In this document: positions 1 through 12,023 of the stretch, piece by piece
How positions within the stretch are numbered: the first letter of the stretch is position 1
Layout: each line of letters starts with the position of its first letter
Assembly (NCBI GenBank): GCA_002104945.1
Contig: MCFH01000154.1
Span: forward strand, 1 to 23,178
DNA length: 23,178 nt
DNA from: Piromyces finnis finn
Lineage: Eukaryota > Fungi > Neocallimastigomycota
Reading direction: 5' to 3'
The notes under the pieces: generated by a model
The model's database searches: none
What the model was told of the DNA's origin: nothing
The model's input: only the letters and a program-made list of their open reading frames with translations
Translations under genes and position numbers: made by a program

Positions 1-260
1 ATACATTAATTATTATTATAGTTATTAATTTACTTTAATACTAACGCCAAAGTATTTTAGCGTTTGTTTACATTGAACTATTTAACTATACTATTTATTT
101 TCTTTACCGCTTGATTGGGTAAAGCTAATAAACTTCCTATTTAAATAATAAACATTAATATATGGTTATGCATAATTTTTAACCAATAAATGCTAACCAG
201 AATATATGGTTTCAATTGAAATATTTGTGGGCAATTTTATGGCCACAAATATTTTTATAA
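1..260 (-). mobile_element. Diverged LTR of family A, cut off by the window edge
   Basis: Aligns with the right ~250 bp of the LTRs at 12338-12831 and 18560-19053 (e.g. GGTTTCAATTGAAATATTTGTGGGCAA..TTATGGCCACAAATATTT). The terminus is degenerate (TTATA/TATAA instead of TTACA) at 259-260. It ends 12-13 bp before tRNA-Val. Confidence 0.85.
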
Positions 261-272
261 TAAACAGTCAAT

Positions 273-345
273 ATCCAAATAGTGTAGTGGTTATCACGTT
301 TCCTTTACACGGAAAAGGTCCCCGGTTCGAACCCGGGTTTGGGTA
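273..345 (+). tRNA. tRNA-Val(TAC)
   Basis: Acceptor stem ATCCAAA/TTTGGGT; anticodon arm TTTCC-TTTACAC-GGAAA with TAC at 306-308; T arm CCCGG-TTCGAAC-CCGGG; T-run at about 358-362. Confidence 0.95.
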
Positions 346-585
346 ATGATAAATATTATTTTAATGAAATATATTTTGATATGAATTTTAAAAAAATTGC
401 CATAAGGATAATATAAAAGCTGACATACATCCCAAGCTGAATTTTTTTTTTTTCTTTATACTTTTATTTAATAATTTAATTTAAAATATTTCTAAATTTA
501 TTTATTTATTTATATACTATTTAATAAATAAGTATACTTATTAGAATTTAAATTTTATCATAATAAACAACAACTATTATTATAT

Positions 586-690
586 ATGATTATTATTATA
601 TTATTATTGATTATTATTATTATTATTATTATTATTGATTATGATTATTATTATTATGATTATTATATAATGATTATTATTATTATTATA
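586..690. repeat. Degenerate (ATT)n microsatellite
   Basis: ATT/GAT triplet runs with interruptions. Confidence 0.75.
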
Positions 691-1430
691 ATATATATTA
701 ATATATATAAAATATATAAAATTTCTTGATAAATGTTTAAATAATATTTAATATTTTTTTTTTCAATTAGTATAAATTGAATTTTGATTTTTAATGATTT
801 TATATATAGATTATTAATATTTAATATTTCATAATTTATTACTAAACATAACAACTGGAATAATACTATAAAAATACTCTATATATTTTAAATTTTTCAA
901 ATATTTGCTTACAATTAATAATAATTATTATAATCTATAAATTTTCACTAATTAAAAATTTTATATTTTATTTACATAATAGCTTTAGATTTGATTTTGA
1001 TTAACTTTATGAACTTTTATTATCTTTATACTTATATCATCTTAATTGTATTTTATTATAAAAGCATAGCTAATATAATATATCTTTTTAATGATTACAA
1101 GATATGTTTCATAGCATATAATAAAGTTTTTAAAATGCTAATTTTATTAAAGTTTGAATACATGTTTAAAACTTTTTTATTACCAAAAAGATTTGCTTGA
1201 AAATATTATATATTTAACATATAACTTTAAAAAGACTTTATAAGATTGAATATTCTTAAAAATAATAAAAAAATATTTATAATTTGTAAATAATATAATG
1301 ATACTTTTAAAAAATCCTTTTATTCTTTTAGTAGAATTAATATAATATAAATTTTTAGTATTTAATATTAGATTTTTAGTAATTACAAAAGTTATTTAAA
1401 GAAATATCTCAAATTTTAAATTTCATCTTA

Positions 1431-1718
1431 TAAAAATAAAATAAAAAAAATAAAATAAAAAAAATAAAATAAAATAAAATAAAATAAAAAAAAAATAAAA
1501 TAAAATAAAATAAAATAAAATAAAATAAAATAAAATAAAATAAAATAAAATAAAATAAAATAAAATAAAATAAAATAAAATAAAATAAAATAAAATAAAA
1601 TAAAATAAAATAAAATAAAATAAAATAAAATAAAATAAAATAAAATAAAATAAAATAAAATAAATAAAATAAAATAAAATAAAATAAAATAAAATAAAAT
1701 AAAATAAAATAAAATAAA
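1431..1718. repeat. (TAAAA)n microsatellite
   Basis: Near-perfect pentanucleotide array of about 290 bp. Confidence 0.97.
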
Positions 1719-2309
1719 GTAATGTTTAATAAATTTATTTCATACTAAGAAGTGAAAAATATTAAGCTTTCTGTTAACTATACTTATTTTGATTTTTTTT
1801 AAAAAAAAATAAGCATTAACTCATTTTATTGATTGATTTATTAATATATATAAAGTATTCAAATAAGAATATATAAATTTATTAAGAATAATATTTATTA
1901 TAATAAACCAAGTATTTATAAAAGCTAATTGTAAAAATAAAACTAAAAATGATCTAATAAATACATCACTATCTGGAAATAAAAATAGAAATAATTATTT
2001 TAAGTTTGCATAATATTAAAAAATAAAACAAGTTTTATATATTTATAGTTTTTTTTTTTTTTTTTTTTATAATATACTAATATACTAACCACTTATTTTA
2101 GTAATTGATTTCCTTTTAAATTTAAATCATTTAAATCATATTCATTAATATTTATTAATAAAATATTTTATGTAAAATTTCACAAAAATATGTTTAAATT
2201 GCATAAGTTATAACATAATCAATCTTCTTGATTTTATATACTAAGTTAATATTATTTTTTTTTTTTTTTTCTCCACCTCCAAATAGTATTTCAAAATATT
2301 AAAAATATA

Positions 2310-2381
2310 TAGCAGCGGTATGTTTCGATCATACGACCTGTGGGTTATGAGCCCACCACGCTTCCACTGCGCTACGCTGCT
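2310..2381 (-). tRNA. Initiator tRNA-Met(CAT)
   Basis: Minus strand reads AGCAGCG..GTGGG-CTCATAA-CCCAC..GTATG-ATCGAAA-CATAC-CGCTGCT-A. It has the eukaryotic initiator hallmarks: A1-U72, three G-C pairs in the anticodon stem and an AUCG T-loop. A TTTTT terminator follows. Confidence 0.97.
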
Positions 2382-2393
2382 CTTAACTGCTTT

Positions 2394-2888
2394 TGTAAAA
2401 GGTTTTTTATATTATTAGTTAATAGGTTACTAATTAGTTAATTAAGTTAGTTATTACCTCTCTATACGAGTTAATAACTAAATAAAGTTTTATAAAAAAT
2501 AATAAAAGAAAGAAAATAAATATTATAACACTAAAATAAATATAAACACTTATATAAATATTTTATGAAATAACTTTTACTTAAATAATTATATTTTAAT
2601 TATATCTTTTATTTATTAATTATAATTATCTACATTAATTATTATTATAGCTATTAATTTACTTTAATACTAACGCTAAAGTATTTAACGTTAGTTTTGA
2701 CTATACTATTTAACTATATGAGTTTATTTTCTTTACCACTTGATTGGGTAAAGCAAATAAACTTCCTATTTAATTAATAACCATTAATATATGGTTATGC
2801 ATATATTTGGCCAATAAATGGTGACCAGAATATATGGTTTCAATTGAAATATTTGTGGGCAAACTTATGGCCACAAATATTTCTTACA
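2394..2888 (-). mobile_element. Solo LTR of family A with 5-bp TSD GCTTT
   Basis: TGTAAAAGG...TTCTTACA termini; colinear with the 494-bp LTRs of the intact element; GCTTT at 2389-2393 and 2889-2893; 12 bp upstream of tRNA-iMet. Confidence 0.95.
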
Positions 2889-3752
2889 GCTTTGTCAATG
2901 TAAGAAATAATAATTATTTGATACATAATTAATATTTCTTAGTTAAAATCATTAATTATTAATCATTAATTAATGTTAATAATATTAGTTTATTTAAATA
3001 ATTATTCTCATTTAAATTTATTTTAATTATTTATTTTCACTTAATTTTAATATCTTAAATTACATTTAGCCATTTAATTATACTATTCATTAATATTTTA
3101 TTTAATATTTTTATTAATTATATTTATGCATTTAACTAATTAATTTAATTAATTACTTTTATTTAACTTTATATTTTTATCAAATATATTTAATTATTTA
3201 TTTAATTAATTACTTTAAAATAATTATTCATTGTTTAGGAATCGATATTTTAAGGTTTTTTCCAATTTCTAAAATAATTGGTTTTACTTAAAATATACGA
3301 TGATCAATATGTATAGAATGTTGATCGAACTTTGTTTAGGTTTTTCTTCTAATCTTTTCCTAAACAAAAAATTATTTTGTTAAGATTAGATAAAATTTTA
3401 ATTTAAACTTTAAATTTATTAAATAATATAAATAAAGACTCTTGATTCCCTTCTAAGAAATCAAGAGTTATTATTATAAGAAACAAATTATAATAATAAA
3501 AGCGTTTTTAATTTTATTTTACTTAACTTAGTTATAATAAAACATATTAACTTATTAAAGTGTAAAATTATTTCTACTCTTATAATAAACTCGAACCTAA
3601 AGATAAGTATTAATATTTATTTTCTTTTTATTCTCAATTTATCAATAAATTGTAGTTAATAATTCTATTATATAATAATTTATAATGGAATTATTACAGT
3701 CAAAAGTTTATTATTGTAAAATATTGTATTAGTTAAATAATGTATTTAATCC

Positions 3753-4106
3753 TGTCAAGAATAGAAGACGATTAAAAAATAAATTAAATATTCAAATAAA
3801 TAATTTAAAAATCAAAGTTATATTTCAAAAATTATAAAACACTTTTAAAAATAATTAAAAGATCACTTTGAAAAAATTTAATATTGAAAAGGGTTAAGGA
3901 TCACAAAAATTTAATTTTCAATAAATTAACCTTTGAGAAAAAAATGCATTATACGAAACTAGTGATAACTTCTGAATCTCGCGTCCTATTTTCATTTTCT
4001 AGAGACTTCAAATCAACTTTATTAGAAAGTACTAGTTGGGATCTATATTCTCACAAATTTTCAGCTAATTTAGACCACTAGTTCTTGAGATATAGCTATT
4101 TAAAGA
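3753..4106 (+). repeat. Interspersed repeat family C, copy 1 (probable LTR fragment)
   Basis: Starts TGTCAAGAATAG and is colinear with 9769-10111 (e.g. AATATTGAAAAGGGTTAAGGATCACAAAAATTTAAT and AATCTCGCGTCCTATTT are shared). Similarity stops at CTATTTAAAGA. The strand is arbitrary. Confidence 0.75.
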
Positions 4107-4729
4107 TTTATGTAAAATTTAATTTATTGATAAGATAAAGTTTTTTGATGATAAAATAAAATTTTAAAATTAAATAATTTTTAACTAATAAATATTTGAG
4201 ATAATAAAATTTTTTTTATAAACTAAGCCTCAAAATTAGAAATAAATAAGTTAAATTTATGTTTGAAATATAATCAACCACAAAGCAAATAAATCAAAAC
4301 TTTATTTTAAGTTTAGAAAATTCTTTATTAAATAAATTGAATTTAAATAGTTTAATACAAATAATTTCTTTTAATAAATGTATAAATGTAAACAATGTAA
4401 AATTATAATATTAAAACATGTATATTAGAATTAATTCAATTTATTTAAAAAAGTATAAATAAAGAAAATTTCTCAACTATTGAAACGATAGTTGGAAAAT
4501 AGTAGTTGTTGATAATTAATTAATTAGTATTAATAATATTAGATTATTAATAAAGTTATAATAAAACATTTTTTTTATTTTATTTAAAAAACCTGGTTAC
4601 CTAGCGAAGGCTTTGGTCAAATAACCTTCGTGGTAAAGTAATCAGCAGTTGTCATAAATTAGAGGAATAAAGTTATTTTATAAATAAAAAATTATTAAAA
4701 ATTAAATTGGAAGTTTTTCTGTTGTTGTC

Positions 4730-4920
4730 TTGTTTGTTTTGTTTTGTTTTGTTTTGTTTTGTTTTGTTTTGTTTTGTTTTGTTTTGTTTTGTTTTGTTTT
4801 GTTTTGTTTTGTTTTGTTTTGTTTTGTTTTGTTTTGTTTTGTTTTGTTTTGTTTTGTTTTGTTTTGTTTTGTTTTGTTTTGTTTTGTTTTGTTTTGTTTT
4901 GTTTTGTTTTGTTTTGTTTT
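4730..4920. repeat. (TTTTG)n microsatellite
   Basis: Perfect pentanucleotide array of about 190 bp. Confidence 0.97.
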
Positions 4921-5033
4921 AAAAATAGAGTAGCACAGACCTAAATCCAATAATTTGATTTAAAGGTTAGATTTAAATTAAATATTTTACAATTATATTT
5001 TCTATAAGAGGAATAGATTTATATATTATTTTA

Positions 5034-5730
5034 CGCCATGAATAATAGTGGATTCATGATTATTTATTTAAATAATATAACGTTTTATTTGTTTAATTAA
5101 TTAGGAATATTTTATTATAAAACAGTATTAAATAATATTTAAGAGATATTCTTATTTTATAATTATTAAAATTTTATATTTATTAATGCTTGAATTAATA
5201 TCCCTTTGTCCATTTGATTATGAAGGAAATTAAAATTAAATTATAAAATAATCATTCCTTCTGCAAATGACTTATAATATGATTTTAAAATTATTAAATA
5301 TAACTCGAGTTTAATAGTCATATATAATTATATATAATTAATATATATTTAATTTATAGAATAGTTAATTAATATAAACAATTAATCATGTATTAAATAT
5401 TAAATGTATTCCTTTAATATTAAAGATAGTATAAATACTCAAGAAAATTCCTATCATTAGGAATTTCGAGAGTTCATTAATCTAAATATTTAACCTAATA
5501 ATAATAATAATAATTAATAAATAAAAATTTTTCTTTAAATAAAAGTTTTTCTTTAAATAAAATTTTTATTAATAAATAAAGTTAATTAATAAATAAAGTT
5601 AATTAATAAATTAATAATAAATTAATATTTATTTAAAATTTTATTTATCCATTCATTTCATTTATTTAATTAATTAACAATTTAGGGTAAAATAGTACGT
5701 TCCGACCCAACCGAAGTGAAAAACCTGTCA
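5034..5730 (+). mobile_element. Solo LTR of family B with probable TSD TTTTA
   Basis: Colinear over about 700 bp with 11629-12277. The ends are degenerate (CGCCATGAAT for TGTCATGAAT; ...GTCA). TTTTA occurs at 5029-5033 and 5731-5735, though this could match by chance in AT-rich DNA. TATAAATA (5430-5437) and GAGAGTTCATT (5468-5478) are conserved. Confidence 0.8.
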
Positions 5731-6028
5731 TTTTATGTCAAGATTATAAGGGAATTTGAATTTATAATTAAATCTACTAGGTTAGGATAGGCTTAATTAT
5801 ATAGTAAAATAATAAATTTTAAAATAAAAGAATAATAAATATAGTTTTTAAAGAATTATTTTATTTAATTTTTATTATATAACAATAAATGATAATTATC
5901 AATTTTAAAGTATTGAATTTACTATATAAAAATGTGTATTAATAATCTCATAAAGAACTTCTTAAAGTTGTTTTTTGTTCAATTTATTTATACATCATTT
6001 TTAATATAACCTTTGATATTAATAAAAT

Positions 6029-6311
<283 letters not shown>

Positions 6312-6334
6312 TAATTTAAATTATACATGTATAA

Positions 6335-6399
6335 TAATATAAATATAAATATAAATATAAATATAAATATAAATATAAATATAAATATAAATATAAATA
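6335..6399. repeat. (TATAAA)n microsatellite
   Basis: About 10 hexamer units. Confidence 0.9.
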
Positions 6400-6729
6400 T
6401 TAATAAAATATAATATAATTTTCTTTAAATATCGATATTAATAAGTTGATAAGTTGTTAAAAATAATATTAATAATTATTTAAATAAATCTTATTTTACT
6501 AATTAGTTTGTTTAATATTAATTAATTGCTACACTATTTATCTCCGAATAATAAATAGTTTTACAATTAATATTTATATTAAATCAACTATTATTAGTAA
6601 AATATTATTAAATTAATATTTTAATTAATTTAATTAATAATTTCAAAATTATGAAATTTCATGAAATGTCGAATTTCATGAATTGGGATTTTGACATTTA
6701 ATATAAAAAAATACTACAATAATAAATAA

Positions 6730-6977
6730 ATAGCAACGTCTCATACAAGCTAATATTATAAATAATGTTTTTATATTAAAATTTATAAAGAAATTAGTAA
6801 TTATATAATGAATAAAACCATTTAGTTATATATAATAATAAATGTTTATTCGCTTTATTTCTCTTACTAATATAAAGTATCTTTACCTATTTTAAATTAA
6901 TTATTCTTTATTATGAATTATTTATTATGCTATTTTACTTTAATAATAACACTAAAGTATTAGCGTTTGTTCACATG
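6730..6977 (-). mobile_element. Old truncated fragment of a family A-like LTR
   Basis: 6933-6974 TTTACTTTAATAATAACACTAAAGTATTAGCGTTTGTTCACA matches 29-72 TTTACTTTAATACTAACGCCAAAGTATTTTAGCGTTTGTTTACA. Weaker similarity extends left to about 6738. Boundaries are approximate. Confidence 0.55.
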
Positions 6978-7049
6978 TTTTCTTTTATAATATTATTAAT
7001 ATGCATTATTGATTAATATTAAATAATATTATATACTATATAAATATTA

Positions 7050-7260
7050 AATTAAATATTTTTTTAAATATAAAATTAAATATTTTTTTAAATATAAAAT
7101 TAAATATTTTTTTAAATATAAAATTAAATATTTTTTAAATATAAAATTGAATATTTTTTAAATATAAAATTAAATATTTTTTAAATATAAAATTGAATAT
7201 TTTTTAAATATAAAATTAAATATTTTTTAAATATAAAATTGAATATTGTTTTAATATAAA
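7050..7260. repeat. 23-24 bp minisatellite, AAATATAAAATT(A/G)AATATTTTTT
   Basis: Units start at 7066, 7090, 7114, 7137, 7160, 7183, 7206, 7229 and 7252 (partial). Confidence 0.9.
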
Positions 7261-7479
7261 ATAGTTATTAGCATTTTATAATATTGTATATAATATTAAA
7301 TTTTTATAATAAATTATAAATTATATCACATGAAATATTATATGATATATATTTTGATATATGTTTCTTTTATGTTGTAGTAATTTAATGTATAGAGTTA
7401 GTATATATATGTTTTTTCTTAATCATTTATATATTTTTTATTTTTATTTTTTTTTAATTTATTTTTACTCCTTGAATAG

Positions 7480-9200
7480 TAATATGCTCTTAAAATTAAC
7501 ATTTCTTTCCAGATATTGTCCTGTAAGTTCATCTTGTAGTTTAGCTGTATTCCAAGATATTCCTCTTATAATAAAAAGTCTGATAAAATAGGGTTCTAAT
7601 CTATTTCTTCGTTAATTTCTAATCTTTATTTTATCCCTTATTTTATAGTTGTTTTTATTCATCATACTTTGCTGAGCTAATCTTCTACTTTTCCAATAAT
7701 TTATTGTCTTTAACGTTTTACTGGCAGCTTGTTTTACTCATTTTAAAAACATTTCCATTAATAATCCTTCTACTGATCTTTCTTTTATTATTAATATTGA
7801 ATTTCTTATATTGATGTCAATTGGAATATTATCTGATCTTCCATGCAATAGTTCAAAACTTGAATAACCAGTAGACACAGATTTACAAATTCGGATAGCC
7901 CATAATGCAATTGGTAGCAATACATCCCAGTTTTCATTATTATCAGTGAAATTTCTTAATTGCTTGCCAATTTTTCTGTTCCTATTTTCAATCAGTCCAT
8001 TATATTCCGGATGGTATGTGCTAATAAAATGAATATATACGTCATATAGGTCTACAAATATTTTTGTATATTCAGAAACAAATTGAATGTAAAGATATCA
8101 AACGCCACAGATTGATATCTTTAATATAACTTAAGCCATAATCATTATTGTTTAAGTTACACGAATTATATTACAGAAAAAGAAAATGAGACATAATTTA
8201 TTTATTAATAATTAAAGTTTAAAACAAAATAAATTATTAATTTATTTTTAATGTTTAACAAATAAATTAAAATTCTCAATTCAAACCCCTAGTTTTAGTA
8301 TTGTTTTGTAATAGAAATAGATATATAGTATATAATTATTAAATGATTAATATATCAATAATACATGGGCACATATTCAAATTGAATAGTACTTAATTTG
8401 AATTGCCAACTGTATTTTACTAAAAATAGTTATAGTTTAAATATTTATTAATAATTAAGATTTTAGGTGTAGATTTTAAATAATAATATATAAGAAATAA
8501 ATAATTATAATATAGCATAAATGTATTTAGGAAAAATATAAATAGAAGATATTTTTCATCATTTTATCGATGTAATTGTTATTAATAAAATTTCTATTAT
8601 AATAAAAGATATTTTTTAATAAAACAATTTTATTTCTTATTTTATTCATTTAGTGTTATTGTAATAGAATAGATATCCTAATCTATTCTTTTTGTGTTAG
8701 CATTACACTGTACATCATTATCTGACATTATTAATTGTGGAATTTCATGCTTGCTGAACACTTCAACTAAAAAATTGGTTACATCTTGAGAGGTAGTAGT
8801 TCTAACTGGTTTTTCTTCTACCCACTTTGTAAAATAATCTACGCGTATCATTATATATTTGTTTCCAAGTGTAGTTTCTTTTGATGGACCTATAATACCA
8901 AAACCAAGTCTAACAAAAGGAGCTTTGACAGGTGTTCTAAATTTTTCCGTTGGTTTTGGTAGTAGTTTCAATTTGTTTAATTGATAGATTTTGCATAAGG
9001 AGACATATTTTTTTACATCAATAATTAAACTTTTTCAATAATATTTATTCTTGTTCCTTTCATATGTTTTTTGTACACCTTCGTGTTCTGTTCTATATTC
9101 CTTTGCAGTTATCTTGGTTTTTGTATAAGGATCGTCAATAATCTCTCAAAAATTATTATTATCTTTGAAATATAGTTTATTGTCAATAATGGCAATTTTA
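7480..9200 (-). pseudogene. Degraded Ty3/Gypsy integrase of a family other than A, split by a solo LTR
   Basis: The minus strand gives, with stops and frameshifts: HEGVQKTY and VKKYVSLCKI(Y) (HHCC remnant); PFVRLGFGIIGP..NKYIMIRVDYFTKWVE..IMSDNDVQ|FVSEY..YHPEYNGLIENRN (DDE core, first Asp mutated); LPIALWAIR..STGYSSFELLHGR; and RLEPYFI..ISWNTAKLQD (degenerate GPY/F region). Confidence 0.85.
8088..8707. mobile_element. Probable 620-bp solo LTR (family D) inserted in the integrase pseudogene
   Basis: TGTAAAG...CATTACA termini. It interrupts the integrase at the Val-Gln codons, which appear on both sides (minus-strand TACAG before, TTCAA after; a degenerate 5-bp TSD matching at 3 of 5). Confidence 0.7.
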
Positions 9201-9299
9201 TAATTTAAAAATTTTTTCATAAAATTGGAAACAACTTTTTCGTTTTCCCCCTCGTTAAAATTGGAACTATTGGTTTTATTAGAGATATCAATATTGTCA

Positions 9300-9578
<279 letters not shown>

Positions 9579-9768
9579 GGCTATTATTATAGCTATTATT
9601 GTATAAATAAATGGAACAAAGAGTAACTTTAAAAGGTTCTTTATGAAAGGGTTCTAATAAATAATTTTTTTTCACACAGTAAAAATATAATAAAACAAAT
9701 ACATTAAATACTACAACTAAGAATTAATTTTGTATATAATTTTCTTATTATATTTACAATATATTAAT

Positions 9769-10111
9769 TGTCAAGAATAGAAAACGATTAATAAATAAAT
9801 TGAAATATTCAAACAATAATCTAAAAATCATCTTTATATTTCAAAAATTATAAAATAATTAAAAGGACACTTTGGAGAAATTTAATATTGAAAAGGGTTA
9901 AGGATCACAAAAATTTAATCTTCAATACATTAATCCTTGAGTAAAAAATACATTATATAAAACTAATGGTAACTTCGGAATCTCGCGTCCTATTTCCATT
10001 TTTCTATAAACGTTAAACTAACTATGTTAGAAAGTACGAGTCAAGATCAATATCCTCATGAATTTCCAGTTATTTTAGATCACTAGTTCTAAAGATATGA
10101 CTATTTAAAGA
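9769..10111 (+). repeat. Interspersed repeat family C, copy 2
   Basis: Starts TGTCAAGAATAG and is colinear with 3753-4106. Confidence 0.75.
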
Positions 10112-11191
10112 CCTAATTAGTACCAATTAATATATATTGAAATGATCAATATTAATTTATATAATTAAAATCATTATTCAAGTCATCCAACTTTCTATAA
10201 ATAATTTAATTTAAAAATTCTCCATTATTATTAAATAAGGTTAGATAATAAGTATTCTTGATTACAAACCTAATCAATTATAAAAATTAATTAATAATTT
10301 CTCAAATAATTTTTGATTATTAACTTCAATCAAAACCAAACCAAAAAACCTTTTGATCAAAAATCATTAGTAATAATTATTAATTAATTAATCATGAGAA
10401 TACATAATTAGCATCAGCAATTGTTACTCTCAATTTATGATATTAAATATTTATAATTTAATATGTTTAAAATAATACTTTTTATTTAAAAGAAATCTAA
10501 AAGATTAATCTTAAGATCTATCATATGAATTCATATCAATATCAACTATTAATATTTTAATTTAAAATTATTTTATTTTTATCTTTATTATTAATATCAA
10601 TATTATATCAATGTAATTTTATTAATTGTAAGAAAAGTATTTAAACAAAAAATTGAAATCATTTTGAAATTTTTTGTAAGATTATTAATTATTAATTAGT
10701 ATTTATTACAATATAACTTGATAAATATTATTTTAATTGACAAATGATTAATAAATAAATTTTATAAATAATTTATATCAAATAAAAGAGTTTATATTAA
10801 TTATAAGAAACCATTTAATTTTAAATTAGTATTGATTAGATTCTTTAACCGTTTTAAAGAAATAGTTTAATAATAAACAAGTTTAATATTTTATTATTAA
10901 ATTAAGTTATAATATAAAACATTCTAACCAAGTTGCGTACCACCCCAAGCCCACTTCACATTAATTCATGTTACGGATTTCACTTCAGTTAGGTCGGAAT
11001 ATACATATTTACCCTAAGTTTATTAATTTAATAAATAAATGAATAAATAAATATTTTAAATAAATAACATTTTATTAATTAACTTTATTTATTAATAAAT
11101 TTTTATTTAAAGAAAAATTTTTATTTATTAAATATTATTATAATTAGAGTAAATATTTATATTCCGACCTAACTGAAGTGAAATCCGTAAC

Positions 11192-11202
11192 AATGAACTC
11201 TC
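11192..11202 (+). promoter_or_regulatory. Self-priming PBS of family B (AATGAACTCTC)
   Basis: Exact reverse complement of the LTR-internal GAGAGTTCATT (12054-12064), and begins at the last base of the LTR end. Confidence 0.75.
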
Positions 11203-12015
11203 CACTCTACTACAAGACTTTGGGACTTCAAACTACTAGTTAGATCTTAAGGTTTTGTGGACTTCAAGTTGCCTTGGAATGTACAAATACATTTATTAAA
11301 GAAATAAACGCCACCTACGCCACATATGTTAACATATATTTTGGAAAATTTTTTGAGAAATGAATTTGGTGGAATTTGAAATGGAATTATGAGATTTTTG
11401 AAATTTGAATGTTGGAGAAAGTTATTAATCTATCTTTGAATTAAGGACTACTAAAATAAGTAATACTATTCTATCCTCTACTAAATGTAGAACTCCACAT
11501 CCACATTGTGGATATAATTTTAAATTATACAAATTAAACTTAATGGTTGTCTCATGAAGATTTTATATATTTCATTATTAAATTAATTTATAAAAATTGC
11601 CTAGAATTCAATTTTTGTAGACGGGCAATGTCATGAATATTAGTGGATTCATGATTATTTATTTAATTAGTGTTCTATTCGTTTAATTAATTAGAAATAT
11701 TTTATTATAAAACATAATTAAATAATATTTTAAGAGATATTAATTAATTATAATTGTTAAGATTTTATATTTATTAAAATTAAAATTTGAATTAATATCT
11801 CTTTATTCATTTGATTAAGAAGGAAATTAAAACTAAATTATAAAATAATCATTCCTTCTACAAATGATTGATAACATGACTTTTATAATTATTAAATTTA
11901 ACACGAGTGAAAAGTCATATATAATTAATATATAATTAATTTATAGAATAGTTAATTAATATAAATAATTAGTCATGTATTAAATTTAAAATGTATTCCT
12001 TAATATTAGAGATAG

Positions 12016-12023
12016 TATAAATA
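12016..12023 (+). promoter_or_regulatory. Candidate TATA box of the family B LTR
   Basis: TATAAATA starts 38 bp before the predicted transcription start (12054). The same sequence and spacing occur in the solo copy (5430 and 5468). Confidence 0.55.

Noticed and set aside
663-1200. Short ORFs 663-854 and 991-1200
   Set aside because: Ile/Tyr/Asn/Phe-rich readings typical of random AT-rich DNA, with no motif.
3438-3468. Hairpin ACTCTTGATT-N11-AATCAAGAGT
   Set aside because: An isolated 10-bp stem with no TSD, second copy or gene context.
3884-4081. 65-aa ORF in repeat family C
   Set aside because: The frame is not preserved in the second copy at 9769-10111.
4702-4950. ORFs of 66-82 aa over the (TTTTG)n array
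   Set aside because: They are translations of a microsatellite, with no coding complexity.
10969-11192. Apparent 224-bp MITE with 35-bp terminal inverted repeats
   Set aside because: There is no TSD around 10969-11192, and all of it derives from the family B LTR. The right repeat is followed by the PBS, so it is better explained as a rearranged LTR end.
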